From positions 2,332-66,331 of the forward strand of contig JAZDOE010000008.1 in NCBI GenBank assembly GCA_043798985.1: a DNA stretch of 64,000 bases, written 5' to 3'. Below are positions 10,534 to 20,466 of the stretch, one piece after another. The translations under genes were made by a program, and so were the position numbers. The notes below the pieces were generated by a model. It made no database searches. It was not told the origin of the DNA and saw nothing but the letters and a program-made list of their open reading frames with translations. The DNA comes from Candidatus Falkowbacteria bacterium (GTDB lineage: Bacteria; Patescibacteriota; Patescibacteriia; UBA11705; JACRDX01). How positions within the stretch are numbered: the stretch's first letter is position 1; each line of letters starts with the position of its first letter.

Positions 10534-11899
10534 AAATATTATCAACGCTCACAACAACAATTTTATCTTTAGTTTTTATTATTTTATTTTTTTTCAAATT
10601 GTTAATTGCGCTTACGACATTCTTGGCAATAATCGCGGCGGCTCCCCAAACGACAGAATATTGCCGCCGCCGTCTTTCATTTTCACAGATTACAACAACC
10701 AACAATTCAGGACGAAAACTTGTAATGGCGCGCGCCAAAGGTTCAGAACCTATTACTAACAATATTTTTGCTTTGATATTTTCAGCTAAGGCGCGCGCCA
10801 AACCACTCAACGCTCCGTCAGCAATTGTCGTTTGCGCTAGCCGTTTGCGAATATCCAAATCATCATACGATGACGCTTCTGTGACGTTGATTATTTTCAT
10901 CATTTCAAAGGCCGCTTGAATAGGATATTTTCCATTTGCCGTTTCGCCGGACAACATCACCGCGTCCGCGTGATCAATTACAGCATTGGCAACGTCGCTC
11001 GCTTCCGCTCGCGTTGGTATTGGATTGTTAATCATTGATTCAAGCATTTGTGTCGCGACAATTACTGGCTTTGCCGCAGCCAAACATTTTTCAATAATAT
11101 TTTTCTGAATTATTGGCACTTCTTCAGTGGACAATTCTATGCCCAAATCACCACGCGCGATCATAATCGCGTCTGCTGTTTCAATAATTTCATCTATCTT
11201 TTCAACCGCGACTCGCCGCTCAATTTTTGCGATAATCTTGATCCCGTTGATGGCGGGATCAACGATCGTCTTTTGTTTCTTTTCTATTTTATTAATTAAA
11301 TTTCTAAGTTCAACAATGTCTTTGGCTGATTGGACAAAAGACAGCGCCACAAAATCAACTTTGTTCGCCACGCCAAACATCAAATCTTGTTTATCCTTGG
11401 TCGTCAACGCTGACAATCTGACATGTGTATCTGGCAAATTCACGCCTTTATGCGAAATAATTTCGCCGCCGATTTTAACCAAACAATAAATTTTATTACC
11501 AACTATTTTTTGAATAACCAATTCAACGGCTCCGTCAGCGATTAACACGCGCTCCTTGGCTTTAACATCTTTATGCATGTTCGCGTAAGTGACAGGAATG
11601 GTTCCGCGCTCTACTTTGCCTGTTGTCAAAACAACCTTACTGCCATTTGCCAGTTTCAATTTTCCATCAAACTCACCCAACCTTATCCGCGGTCCCTGCA
11701 AATCCTGAATAATCGCAATCGGATTTTTGGTTTGTTTTTCCATTGCCCTGATTCGTTTTAATACTGCCAGATGATATGCGTGCGTATTGTGCGAAAAATT
11801 AAGCCGGCACACATTCATGCCTGCTTTTGCCAATCTTAACAAAGCTGCCGAGCTGTCAGCCGCTGGTCCGATTGTGCAAATCATTTTAGTCCTTTTCAT
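10517..11899 (-). CDS. pyk: Pyruvate kinase
   Basis: RTKMICTIGPA, RLNFSH, IIAKIE, ARGDLG, ATQMLESM, MLSGETA. Confidence 0.98.
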   Translation of the reverse strand: MKRTKMICTIGPAADSSAALLRLAKAGMNVCRLNFSHNTHAYHLAVLKRIRAMEKQTKNPIAIIQDLQGPRIRLGEFDGKLKLANGSKVVLTTGKVERGTIPVTYANMHKDVKAKERVLIADGAVELVIQKIVGNKIYCLVKIGGEIISHKGVNLPDTHVRLSALTTKDKQDLMFGVANKVDFVALSFVQSAKDIVELRNLINKIEKKQKTIVDPAINGIKIIAKIERRVAVEKIDEIIETADAIMIARGDLGIELSTEEVPIIQKNIIEKCLAAAKPVIVATQMLESMINNPIPTRAEASDVANAVIDHADAVMLSGETANGKYPIQAAFEMMKIINVTEASSYDDLDIRKRLAQTTIADGALSGLARALAENIKAKILLVIGSEPLARAITSFRPELLVVVICENERRRRQYSVVWGAAAIIAKNVVSAINNLKKNKIIKTKDKIVVVSVDNIYVKVA

Positions 11900-12255
11900 A
11901 AAATGACATTTTCTTGTTGCCTAAAATTAACTTTGTCACCTTCTTTTTCAACCACTAAAATATCAAACCGACAATCAACGTCTCGTCCGATATTTTTCGC
12001 CTGAATATAATATTTAATCAGCCGTTTTATGGTGTCACGCTTTTCATAATTCACCGCGCGCTCACCCGGCAAAAAATTAGTCGATCGTGTTTTAACTTCT
12101 ATAAAAACGATTTCGTTTCCTTTCGCGCAAATCAAATCAATTTCGCCAAATCTGCGACGATAATTCCGCTCAATCACGCTATATCCTTGTTTCGCGTAAA
12201 ATTCAGTTGCCATGTCTTCGCCCCATTGGCCAAACTGTTTATTGTGAAGCGTCAT
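11896..12255 (-). CDS. yraN: YraN family (UPF0102) putative endonuclease
   Basis: GQWGE...RNYR...GEIDLI...FIEVKTR...RFD. Confidence 0.93.
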   Translation of the reverse strand: MTLHNKQFGQWGEDMATEFYAKQGYSVIERNYRRRFGEIDLICAKGNEIVFIEVKTRSTNFLPGERAVNYEKRDTIKRLIKYYIQAKNIGRDVDCRFDILVVEKEGDKVNFRQQENVIL

Positions 12256-12256
12256 A

Positions 12257-12508
12257 TCAGGTTGATTGCGATGGCACGATTAAACCGACCAGCCAGTTTA
12301 AAAATCCTCCGATCAGGCCTGTCATTGTCAAAACTCCCATCAAACAAACAACAATGCCAATAAGCTTATAAAGCATACGGCTGCTGCCAAACCATTTTTC
12401 GCCCCACATTGAGTAACCAATGAATTCCTGAATCCATTGCGTTCTCCAAACAAAAACAAATCCCACGCCAGCGATAATTAGTCCCAGAAAAAATTGTCCG
12501 ATTGTCAT
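12257..12508 (-). CDS. Small two-TM membrane protein
   Basis: 83-aa ORF with two hydrophobic helices, abutting yraN. Confidence 0.7.
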   Translation of the reverse strand: MTIGQFFLGLIIAGVGFVFVWRTQWIQEFIGYSMWGEKWFGSSRMLYKLIGIVVCLMGVLTMTGLIGGFLNWLVGLIVPSQST

Positions 12509-12609
12509 ATATTATTTAAATTTTGTAATATTCGCAGATTCGTAACATTCGTAAGATTTGTAGCTTCGTAGCCATGTTATTATACCATTTCTTTCGACAC
12601 AATAAAAAA

Positions 12610-12692
12610 TGGGCGAGGAGAGATTTGAACTCTCATGACCTTGCGGTCGCTACCACCTCAAGGTAGTGCGTATGCCGTTTCGCCACTCGCCC
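12610..12692 (-). tRNA. tRNA-Leu(GAG)
   Basis: Cloverleaf with long variable arm; anticodon arm CTACC-TTGAGGT-GGTAG. Confidence 0.95.
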
Positions 12693-12724
12693 AATTCACC
12701 CCGCCAAAGGCGGGGCTACAATTT

Positions 12725-12904
12725 TTACTCAACCGCAATCGCTCCAACAGGGCAACCGGCTTTTGCGTCAGCAACGCATGGCAATCCAATGTCAGCGCCC
12801 TCTTTTGCCTGCGCTTTTCCGTCAGCGCCTATCTCAAAAACATCAGCGCATGTTGCCGCGCACGCGCCGCAGCTTATACATTTTTCTTTGTCCACTGTAA
12901 TCAT
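12725..12904 (-). CDS. Ferredoxin, 59 aa (below the ORF-track cutoff)
   Basis: Manual translation MITVDKEKCISCGACAATCADVF...GCPVGAIAVE with CxxCxxCxxxC and CP motifs. Confidence 0.9.
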   Translation of the reverse strand: MITVDKEKCISCGACAATCADVFEIGADGKAQAKEGADIGLPCVADAKAGCPVGAIAVE

Positions 12905-12908
12905 ATTT

Positions 12909-13709
12909 TTATTTTAATAATTTACTGCGATTTTTCCCAACAATTAATTTTAATTTAGCGCTGGCAATTTTTATTTTTGCCGGAGTTTTTATCACACGAT
13001 AATTGTCCAACACTAATGGCAAATACTCATAACTTTTAACCATAAACTCGTCGCGTTCAACAAATGTATCTGCCTGAACTTCTTTTTTCCCACTGAATAT
13101 CTTCAAAATTCCCTTTGTTCCAGCTATCTCGCTTCTCGCAACCAAATTCAACTTTTGATCTTGCGCGTCAATTTTATTCAGCTCTGGCAAAACATCCTCT
13201 TCTCTTTTCATTGGATAATAGAAATTGTAAACGCACACTTCTTTACAACTATTGGTCGGCATGATTTTAAAATTGCCATGCTCAATCAGCAAGCGATTCA
13301 CGCTCTTGCTCATTTTCACATTTGAAAAAAAGAACTGCCCGTTCGCGTCGCCAATATCAACTTCAACCAGTTTACGCGCGGCAATCGCCTCGCACGCTTC
13401 ATCATCCACGCCAATTCCAAGCAATGGCGCGATATTATTATTTTGCCCGACAGGAATAAAACCAAGCGTCAGTCCATTGCGAACAACCGGATCAATAACC
13501 TTCAAAAAACTGCTGTCATTACCGACAATCACCAAGGTTTTAATCCCACGCCGTGCCTCATCATCAATAATTTCCTCAATGCGTTTTAACAAAGAAAGAC
13601 GGATGTGCTTTCCGTTTATATCCAGCTCCAGCAGCTTTTCTTTGATTTTATCTATCGTGCGGTCAAACTTCTTATCATTCAGAAAAGTATCGTACAAATA
13701 ATAATACAT
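12909..13709 (-). CDS. Diacylglycerol kinase family-like protein (degenerate)
   Basis: VIVGND...LGFIPVG..NNIA..LGI...DIGDANGQFF resembles the DAGKc domain. Confidence 0.75.
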   Translation of the reverse strand: MYYYLYDTFLNDKKFDRTIDKIKEKLLELDINGKHIRLSLLKRIEEIIDDEARRGIKTLVIVGNDSSFLKVIDPVVRNGLTLGFIPVGQNNNIAPLLGIGVDDEACEAIAARKLVEVDIGDANGQFFFSNVKMSKSVNRLLIEHGNFKIMPTNSCKEVCVYNFYYPMKREEDVLPELNKIDAQDQKLNLVARSEIAGTKGILKIFSGKKEVQADTFVERDEFMVKSYEYLPLVLDNYRVIKTPAKIKIASAKLKLIVGKNRSKLLK

Positions 13710-13712
13710 AGC

Positions 13713-14096
13713 CTATTCAACGACTTCGCTTGTCTTTTTATCCATCTTGCACGCGCCGTTAAATGTCGCGCCTTCAGCAATACTCAAACTGCTCGCTTGA
13801 ATGTCACCATCAACGCGCGCGGCATTCATCAATTCCAACCGACCCTTAACGATAATATTTCCCTCAACTGTCCCGGAAACAACAGCTGCCTCTGCCTCAA
13901 CATTTGCCGTCACTTTGGCATGATCACCGACCTTTAAAAACTTGCCTGTCTTTATACTGCCCTTTACCTCGCCCTCAATCACAATGTTTCCGTCACTGCT
14001 CAAATCTCCTTCAATTTTGATCGCGCGACCAATGATTGTGTCTTCGCTACTGTCCCCTTTAAAAAATTCCTGCTCCGTTTGATTGGTTTTAAACAT
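13713..14096 (-). CDS. Bactofilin (polymer-forming cytoskeletal protein)
   Basis: TIIG..IKIEGDL..DG.IVIEGEVKG beta-helix repeats, GATFNG. Confidence 0.93.
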   Translation of the reverse strand: MFKTNQTEQEFFKGDSSEDTIIGRAIKIEGDLSSDGNIVIEGEVKGSIKTGKFLKVGDHAKVTANVEAEAAVVSGTVEGNIIVKGRLELMNAARVDGDIQASSLSIAEGATFNGACKMDKKTSEVVE

Positions 14097-14110
14097 ATTT
14101 ATTCGCCCCC

Positions 14111-15847
14111 CTACATCATTTGTACTTCCTTTATATTTAATAATCGCAAACCTTTTGTCAATACGTCTTTAACGTTGTTGGATAAAAATAATCGCGCAGC
14201 CGCCAGCTCTGGGTTTTCGCCAATGACACGGCATTTTTGATAAAAATTGTTAAACAATTGTGACAAATCCAACAAATATTTGCACAAACCGCTTGGGTCT
14301 AACTCTATTTCGGCCTTTTTAACCGCGTCGTTAAACATTCCAATTTTCAAAGCCAATTCGCGCTCAATATTCTCAACCAGCAAATCCAATTTGCAATTCT
14401 TCTGCTTTAATTTAGCGGCAGATGCCTTTTCAAAAAGAGAGTTTATGCGCGCGATTGTATAAAGCACGTATGGGCCAGTATCGCCATCAAACGCAGTCGC
14501 CTTATCAATGTCAAAAACAATCACACTGTTATTTTCATATTTTAAAATCCAAAACTTTATTGCAGCCAACGCGAGTTTCGTTGAAACATCTTCAACTTGC
14601 CGCGTTGACCAATCTACATGCCGCGCGTTTGTTTCTGCTTTTGCTTTTTCCAAAACAGCGTTAAACAACGAATCAAATGAAACAACATTACCCTTTCGCG
14701 ACGCCATGGCGCCCTCTGGCAAAGTGACAAAATCATAGCTAACGTGCGCTTTTTCCTTTTTATCATAGCCTAGCAAGTCCAGCAACTTGAAAATTTGTTT
14801 TAAATACAATGACTGGCGGACATCAACTACGTAAATTGACTTGTCAATTTTATATTTTTCAAACTTTTTAATTCCCAATGGCAAATCTTTGGCGCCATAA
14901 AGAACATTACCGTCAGATTTTATCAAAACCAAAACATCCAAACCATATTCCTGCAAATCAGCTATTAACGCGCCTTCGCTCATTTTTACTTCTTTAATTT
15001 TTCCTTCCTTAACAATACGTGCTAACAATTTTCGCCCCTCTTTTTCCTCTGCGCTTTCCCAAAACCATTCGTCAAATTTATTGCCCAATATTCCATAAAT
15101 CTTATGAAAATCATCCATGCTCCATTTTTTTGTTTTTTTCCAAAGCGCTGTTGCTTTGCGCTCGCCAGCTTCCAAACGCTTTTGTACTTCAGCAATCTCA
15201 ACCATCAACTCTGGTTTTTCCGCCAACAAGTTAACAGCTTCAGAATAAACTTTTCCCAAATACTCCGCCTTATTTTTACCTTTTTCAATAATCAGCTTAG
15301 GATTATTTTTCTCCAAATACCATATACATTTTGCAACATGAACGCCTGTGTCGCCAATATAATTCGCAACAATCACCTTCTTTCCGGCTTCGCGCAAAAT
15401 ATTAACCACTGCCGCGCCAAGGCAGGCATTTCGCAAATGGCCGACATGAAATTCTTTGTGCGTGTTCGGCTGCGAATATTCAACCATAACCCTTTTACCA
15501 CCCGTAGAGACGAGATATATCTCGTCTCTACATTGCCTTGAACACAAAATTTGTTCAAGCAGCCATTTTCGCTTGAAAGTAAAATTCACATACGGCCCCA
15601 CAATCTTCAATTCCTCAATAAAATCTCCGCGCTTGTCATTTCGACCTCGCTTTAGCGAGGGAGAAATCCCTCGTAAAATTTCCGCCCCAACATCCATCGG
15701 AGACTTCTTCATCTTCTTCGCCAAATTAAAACACGGCAAAGCCAAATCACCCATTTTAATATCCGGCGGTGCGACAAAATCGCTTGCGCTGACATCAAAT
15801 CCCGCTTGTTGCAACAATTTTGCCAACTGTTCTTTAATTTTCTGCAT
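14111..15847 (-). CDS. argS: Arginyl-tRNA synthetase (two in-frame repeat inserts)
   Basis: VEYSQPNTHKEFHVGHLRN, MASRKG, GDTGPY. Confidence 0.97.
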   Translation of the reverse strand: MQKIKEQLAKLLQQAGFDVSASDFVAPPDIKMGDLALPCFNLAKKMKKSPMDVGAEILRGISPSLKRGRNDKRGDFIEELKIVGPYVNFTFKRKWLLEQILCSRQCRDEIYLVSTGGKRVMVEYSQPNTHKEFHVGHLRNACLGAAVVNILREAGKKVIVANYIGDTGVHVAKCIWYLEKNNPKLIIEKGKNKAEYLGKVYSEAVNLLAEKPELMVEIAEVQKRLEAGERKATALWKKTKKWSMDDFHKIYGILGNKFDEWFWESAEEKEGRKLLARIVKEGKIKEVKMSEGALIADLQEYGLDVLVLIKSDGNVLYGAKDLPLGIKKFEKYKIDKSIYVVDVRQSLYLKQIFKLLDLLGYDKKEKAHVSYDFVTLPEGAMASRKGNVVSFDSLFNAVLEKAKAETNARHVDWSTRQVEDVSTKLALAAIKFWILKYENNSVIVFDIDKATAFDGDTGPYVLYTIARINSLFEKASAAKLKQKNCKLDLLVENIERELALKIGMFNDAVKKAEIELDPSGLCKYLLDLSQLFNNFYQKCRVIGENPELAAARLFLSNNVKDVLTKGLRLLNIKEVQMM

Positions 15848-15848
15848 A

Positions 15849-17171
15849 TTAAACAACTTTAACGAAAAACCGCTTGCCCTTTTGGATCACACTGCCCCTT
15901 TTAACAACAATTTCCAATGTTTCAATAACCTTGCCGTCAATTTTGACGCCTCCTTGTTCAATCGCGCGGCGCGCTTCTCCTTTTGATTTAACAAGCCCGG
16001 CCACCAGCAACGCGTCAGTAATATTCATACCTGCGACTTTCGCGTCAGGCATTTCATCTGGTGTTTCTTTTTTTGAAAAAGTTTTAATAAAATTTTCGCG
16101 CCCTGACACTGCTTCTTTTTCTCCATGATAAATTTTTACAATGGCTTCTGCCAATTCCAGTTTCAAATCACGCGGATTTTCCCCTCCTTTTAGTCTCTTT
16201 TCAACCGCGCCAACGCTTTCGGCCGGTTCTAACTTGCAAAGTTCAAACCCCGGAACAATCATTCCGTCAGTCCAGCTCATAACTTTTCCAAACATTTGTT
16301 CAGCCATATCATCTAACGTAATCATATTGCCCTCGCTCTTTCCCATTTTCTTTCCTGTTGTGTCAGTCAGCAATTTGTTCGCCAAAACGAATTTTTCTTT
16401 TCCTTTCATTGATTTCATCAAATCGCGGCCAACCAACATGTTGAACGTCTGATCATTCCCACCGATTTCACCATCAACATCCATCGCCACCGAATCATAC
16501 CCCTGCATCAACGGATATAAAAACTCATGCAACCCAATCGGGGATGGGCTAATTAAATCTTCAATCTTATCACAAGCCACGGCATGCAAACATTTTTTAC
16601 AAACACCACCGACTGGCGGAACAGTTGTTTGCCCCAACAAAATCAACTCCCCGCAATGTTCGCAAATCTTTTTCCAATGCATTCTTTTTCTGAACATATC
16701 ACGAGAAAGCATTTGTTGCACAGTAAAATGGCTCGCCAGATCAATAATTTCTTTAAACGTCAATTTATCCAACCAGTCGCCGTTGAATTTGATTTCAGCC
16801 GGATTTGCGCCGTCAAATTTAATCAAAGCGCTTGCTTGCTTTTTATAATTCTCACAATTTTTCAAAACCTGTTCGCGCGTCAATGGTTTACGCATTGCCA
16901 ATTTGTCAGTCGGGTCGCCAATCATTGCCGTAAAACTGCCAATCAACATTATTATTTTGTGACCCAACTCTTGAAACTGGCGCAACTTCATTAAACTAAT
17001 CGCATGACCAAGATGCAAACTCGGGCCAGTTGGATCAATGCCCAAATATATACGCAACTGTTTTCCTGATTTTAATTTTTCTTCTAAAAATTCTCGCGCC
17101 GGAAAAATATTTTCCACGCCACGAGTCAAAAGTTCCTCTATCTTTTTTGCATCTACGTTTATTTTGGGCAT
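15849..17171 (-). CDS. tyrS: Tyrosyl-tRNA synthetase with Cys-rich insertion
   Basis: GIDPT...HLGH, GDPT, YPLMQGYD, GGNDQ, KMGKS, C-terminal S4 domain. Confidence 0.97.
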   Translation of the reverse strand: MPKINVDAKKIEELLTRGVENIFPAREFLEEKLKSGKQLRIYLGIDPTGPSLHLGHAISLMKLRQFQELGHKIIMLIGSFTAMIGDPTDKLAMRKPLTREQVLKNCENYKKQASALIKFDGANPAEIKFNGDWLDKLTFKEIIDLASHFTVQQMLSRDMFRKRMHWKKICEHCGELILLGQTTVPPVGGVCKKCLHAVACDKIEDLISPSPIGLHEFLYPLMQGYDSVAMDVDGEIGGNDQTFNMLVGRDLMKSMKGKEKFVLANKLLTDTTGKKMGKSEGNMITLDDMAEQMFGKVMSWTDGMIVPGFELCKLEPAESVGAVEKRLKGGENPRDLKLELAEAIVKIYHGEKEAVSGRENFIKTFSKKETPDEMPDAKVAGMNITDALLVAGLVKSKGEARRAIEQGGVKIDGKVIETLEIVVKRGSVIQKGKRFFVKVV

Positions 17172-17177
17172 AAATTT

Positions 17178-20100
17178 TTACATTAAACCTTTTGTTTGTT
17201 CAAGAATCTTTTTTAATTTTTCTTTTGCCTCTGCCAATCTTGTTTTCTCCGCGGCGACAACTTTTTCCGGCGCGTTTTTTATAAATTCAACATTGCTTAA
17301 CTTTCTTTCCAGCCCGCCAATATAATTTTCCAAATTATCTTTTTCCTTTTCCAACCGTTGCTTTTCTTTTCCAGAATCAATCAATCCAGCAAGCGGCATA
17401 TAAATTTCAATTTTTCCAATAATTGCACAGGCCGCTTGCTCTGGCTTTCTTGAAACAAAATTCAAATTCTCAACTTTAGCTAACGCCTTTATTATGTTTG
17501 CCGCGTCTGCCAACGCCTTGCCACCAATAATTTCAATGTCGATTTTTTTTGCCAAATCAACTTTATGTTCAGCTCGCAAATTTCTTATTTTCGTCACAAC
17601 TTCAACAATCGCGGAAAATTCTTTATCAACTTTTTCGTTAATCAACTTCTTATCAACTTTTGGCCATTCCGCAACTATTAAATTCTCGCGAATGCCCCCG
17701 CTTGTCATCCTGAGGCTCTCGAAGGATGACCATATTGCCTCCGTCACAAACGGCGCGAATGGATGCCACAACTTCAACAAATCTTTCAATATACTCAACA
17801 AAATCGCGTCTTTGTTTTTTTCAACTTTGCTGATTTCCAAATACCAATCAGCAAAATCATTCCATGTAAATTCGCGCAACAATTCGCCTGCCGCAGAAAA
17901 ATTATATTCATCTAAAAACTTCGTGACATCTCGTTTTAAACAATTCAACCGCGACAAAATCCATCGATCTGCTAACGTCGCGCCTGTCATTTCGAACCCG
18001 CCCACGGCGGGTGAGAAATCCCTTGTAGTCGTCAGCACGAACCTAGAAATATTCCACAATTTATTAACCAAATTTCTGCATCCCTCAACTTTTTCTTCAA
18101 AAAATCTAATGTCATTGCCCGGCGTTGTGCCAATTAACAATGCCAACCGCGACGCATCTGCTCCATATTTTTCAATCATGTCCAACGGATCAATTCCATT
18201 GCCGCGCGACTTGCTCATCTTTTTGCCATTTTTATCAAGCACCATTCCGTGCAAATAAACTTTTTCAAAAGGAATTTCGCCAAGTGCAAAAAAACTCATC
18301 ATCACCATTCGCGACACCCACAAAGTAATAATTTCATAACCAGTTTCCAACATTTGCGTCGGATGAAACCTTGCAAGATCGCCGGTTTTATTCAGCGTTG
18401 AAAAAGTCCACATTCCGGACGAAAACCAAGTGTCCAAAGAATCTTCATCTTGCTTCAAATTGAACGAACCGCACGAGCAAACTGCCGGCGGTAATTTTAT
18501 ACGCACATCTTTCGCGTTGTCCGGATATGTTAATTTATAAATCTCCAAATCGCTCAAATTTGTATTAAATCCTTTTACCACACGGGCAACATCGCCATGC
18601 GCCACCGCCAAAATTTTCTTGCCTGGATATTTTTTCGCGACTTCATCAAAAAAGGAAAAAACTCGTGATTTTAAACTATCAAATGACTCAATGCCTCGCG
18701 GAGAGTCATGATGCCACGCTTCAAAATCTTTTTTGCGAAACGCGCCCAATTCTTTGTCAGATTTTCCCTCAAACTCACCCATACCAACCTCGCGCAACCG
18801 TTTATCAAAAATTATTTTCTTGATTCCCAATTTGCCTGCCACGATTTTGGCGGTTTCCTGCGCTCTCTTAAAATCCGATGAAAAAATAATGTCTATTTTT
18901 TCTGCAAGCAACTCTTCCGCGACGGAAACAGATTGCGCTTTTCCTTTTTCTGTCAAACCATTTTCTTGATTTTTTATGTCAGAATTTAATTTGTCTTCAA
19001 CGTTGCTGCGCGATTCGCCATGCCGCAAAACGATAATTTCCGTATTTAATTTTTCAGTCACTTTAACTTCATTGCATTTTTCGCAATACCAAACAGGAAT
19101 TCTATGACCAAACCAAATCTGTCGGCTGATGCACCAATCCTGCATATTTTTCATCCAATCCAAATATCTCTTTTCAAATCTCTCCGGAATAAACTCAATC
19201 GCATGTTTTTCAGCGGCTTCAATCGCTTTTTCTTTCAAAGATTTGTTGCCTAATTTTTTAATCTTTTTATCAACCGCGACAAACCATTGTTTGCTTGGCA
19301 ATGGCTCAATCGCTGTGCCACAACGATAACAAATGGATAAATTATTATCTATTTCTTCTTCTTTTTCCAACAAATTCTGCGCGCGCAACCTTTCAACAAC
19401 CATTTGGCGCGCGCCCAAAACATCTTTTCCAGAATATTCTCCAAAATTTTCTTTAATTTTTCCATTCTCATCAATTACTTTTACAACTTCCAAATTGTTC
19501 GCCCGCGCCATTTGCCAATCAACAATGGAATGCGCGGGCGTTACGCCGAGCGCTCCGGTGCCGAAATTCATATCAACCTGCCAATCACCAATGATTTTAA
19601 TTTTAAGCGGCACACCGACAAAATCAACGCTAAATTCTTTGCCAATATATTTTTTATAGCGCTCGTCTTTCGGATTTACCGCGACAGCAGTGTCGCCAAG
19701 TTTTGTTTCCGGCCGAGTCGTGGCAATTGTAATCGGAAAATTTTTATTGTATTTAAAAGTATAAAGTTTTGCTTTTTGCTCCTGATATTCCACTTCGTCA
19801 TCGGCCAAAGTTGACTGGCATCGCGGGCACCAATTTACCACTCGTTCGCCACGATAAATCACACCTGAATCATACATATCCGCGAACATTTTTGCCACAG
19901 CCTTTATCCGCGGCTCATCTAATGTAAAAGCCTGCCGCGACCAATCCAAAGACGCGCCCATTTTCTTTATTTGATGCAAAATGGTTGTTTGCGTTTCTCT
20001 CAAAAACTCCCAAACTTTTTCCAAAAATTTTTCGCGCCCCAAATCATGCCGCGTCTTTTTTTCTTCTTTCCATAATTGCTTTTCCACAACATTTTGCGTG

Positions 20101-20369
20101 GCAATTGCCGCGTGATCAGTTCCGGGTAACCACAGCGCCCTAAATCCATTCATCCGTTTGTATCGAATTATCAAATCTTCAATCGCCAAAGTCAACGCTT
20201 GGCCCATGTGTAATTTTGCGGTAATATTCGGCGGCGGCAAAATAATTGTGTATGGTTTTGCCTTTTTCGGCAAATTCAAATTGTCTGGATTAAAAAATCC
20301 ACTTTCTTCCCAATCCTTGTAAATTTTATCTTCAAAATCTTTGGGAATGTACGCCTTTGGAATCTCCAT
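17178..20369 (-). CDS. valS: Valyl-tRNA synthetase with inserted histidine-phosphatase domain
   Basis: PPPNIT..LHMG, GTDHA, DWCISRQ, KMSKS, C-terminal coiled coil; RHGES/AHG domain inserted. Confidence 0.97.
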   Translation of the reverse strand: MEIPKAYIPKDFEDKIYKDWEESGFFNPDNLNLPKKAKPYTIILPPPNITAKLHMGQALTLAIEDLIIRYKRMNGFRALWLPGTDHAAIATQNVVEKQLWKEEKKTRHDLGREKFLEKVWEFLRETQTTILHQIKKMGASLDWSRQAFTLDEPRIKAVAKMFADMYDSGVIYRGERVVNWCPRCQSTLADDEVEYQEQKAKLYTFKYNKNFPITIATTRPETKLGDTAVAVNPKDERYKKYIGKEFSVDFVGVPLKIKIIGDWQVDMNFGTGALGVTPAHSIVDWQMARANNLEVVKVIDENGKIKENFGEYSGKDVLGARQMVVERLRAQNLLEKEEEIDNNLSICYRCGTAIEPLPSKQWFVAVDKKIKKLGNKSLKEKAIEAAEKHAIEFIPERFEKRYLDWMKNMQDWCISRQIWFGHRIPVWYCEKCNEVKVTEKLNTEIIVLRHGESRSNVEDKLNSDIKNQENGLTEKGKAQSVSVAEELLAEKIDIIFSSDFKRAQETAKIVAGKLGIKKIIFDKRLREVGMGEFEGKSDKELGAFRKKDFEAWHHDSPRGIESFDSLKSRVFSFFDEVAKKYPGKKILAVAHGDVARVVKGFNTNLSDLEIYKLTYPDNAKDVRIKLPPAVCSCGSFNLKQDEDSLDTWFSSGMWTFSTLNKTGDLARFHPTQMLETGYEIITLWVSRMVMMSFFALGEIPFEKVYLHGMVLDKNGKKMSKSRGNGIDPLDMIEKYGADASRLALLIGTTPGNDIRFFEEKVEGCRNLVNKLWNISRFVLTTTRDFSPAVGGFEMTGATLADRWILSRLNCLKRDVTKFLDEYNFSAAGELLREFTWNDFADWYLEISKVEKNKDAILLSILKDLLKLWHPFAPFVTEAIWSSFESLRMTSGGIRENLIVAEWPKVDKKLINEKVDKEFSAIVEVVTKIRNLRAEHKVDLAKKIDIEIIGGKALADAANIIKALAKVENLNFVSRKPEQAACAIIGKIEIYMPLAGLIDSGKEKQRLEKEKDNLENYIGGLERKLSNVEFIKNAPEKVVAAEKTRLAEAKEKLKKILEQTKGLM

Positions 20370-20466
20370 ATAACTCTGACTCTTTATCTATAAATTTTAT
20401 CAAAATACAGCGATTTAGGCAACAACCTTGCTCTTTTTTTCCAAATCAGCTATCCTGAATGGATTT

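Noticed and set aside
17494-18258. Long antisense ORFs (also 26362-27066, 33620-34249, 54855-55544)
   Set aside because: Shadow frames opposite well-supported genes, with no recognisable motifs.
16541-19060. Inteins in tyrS or valS
   Set aside because: No C/S start with HN-C/S/T end and no homing endonuclease motifs.
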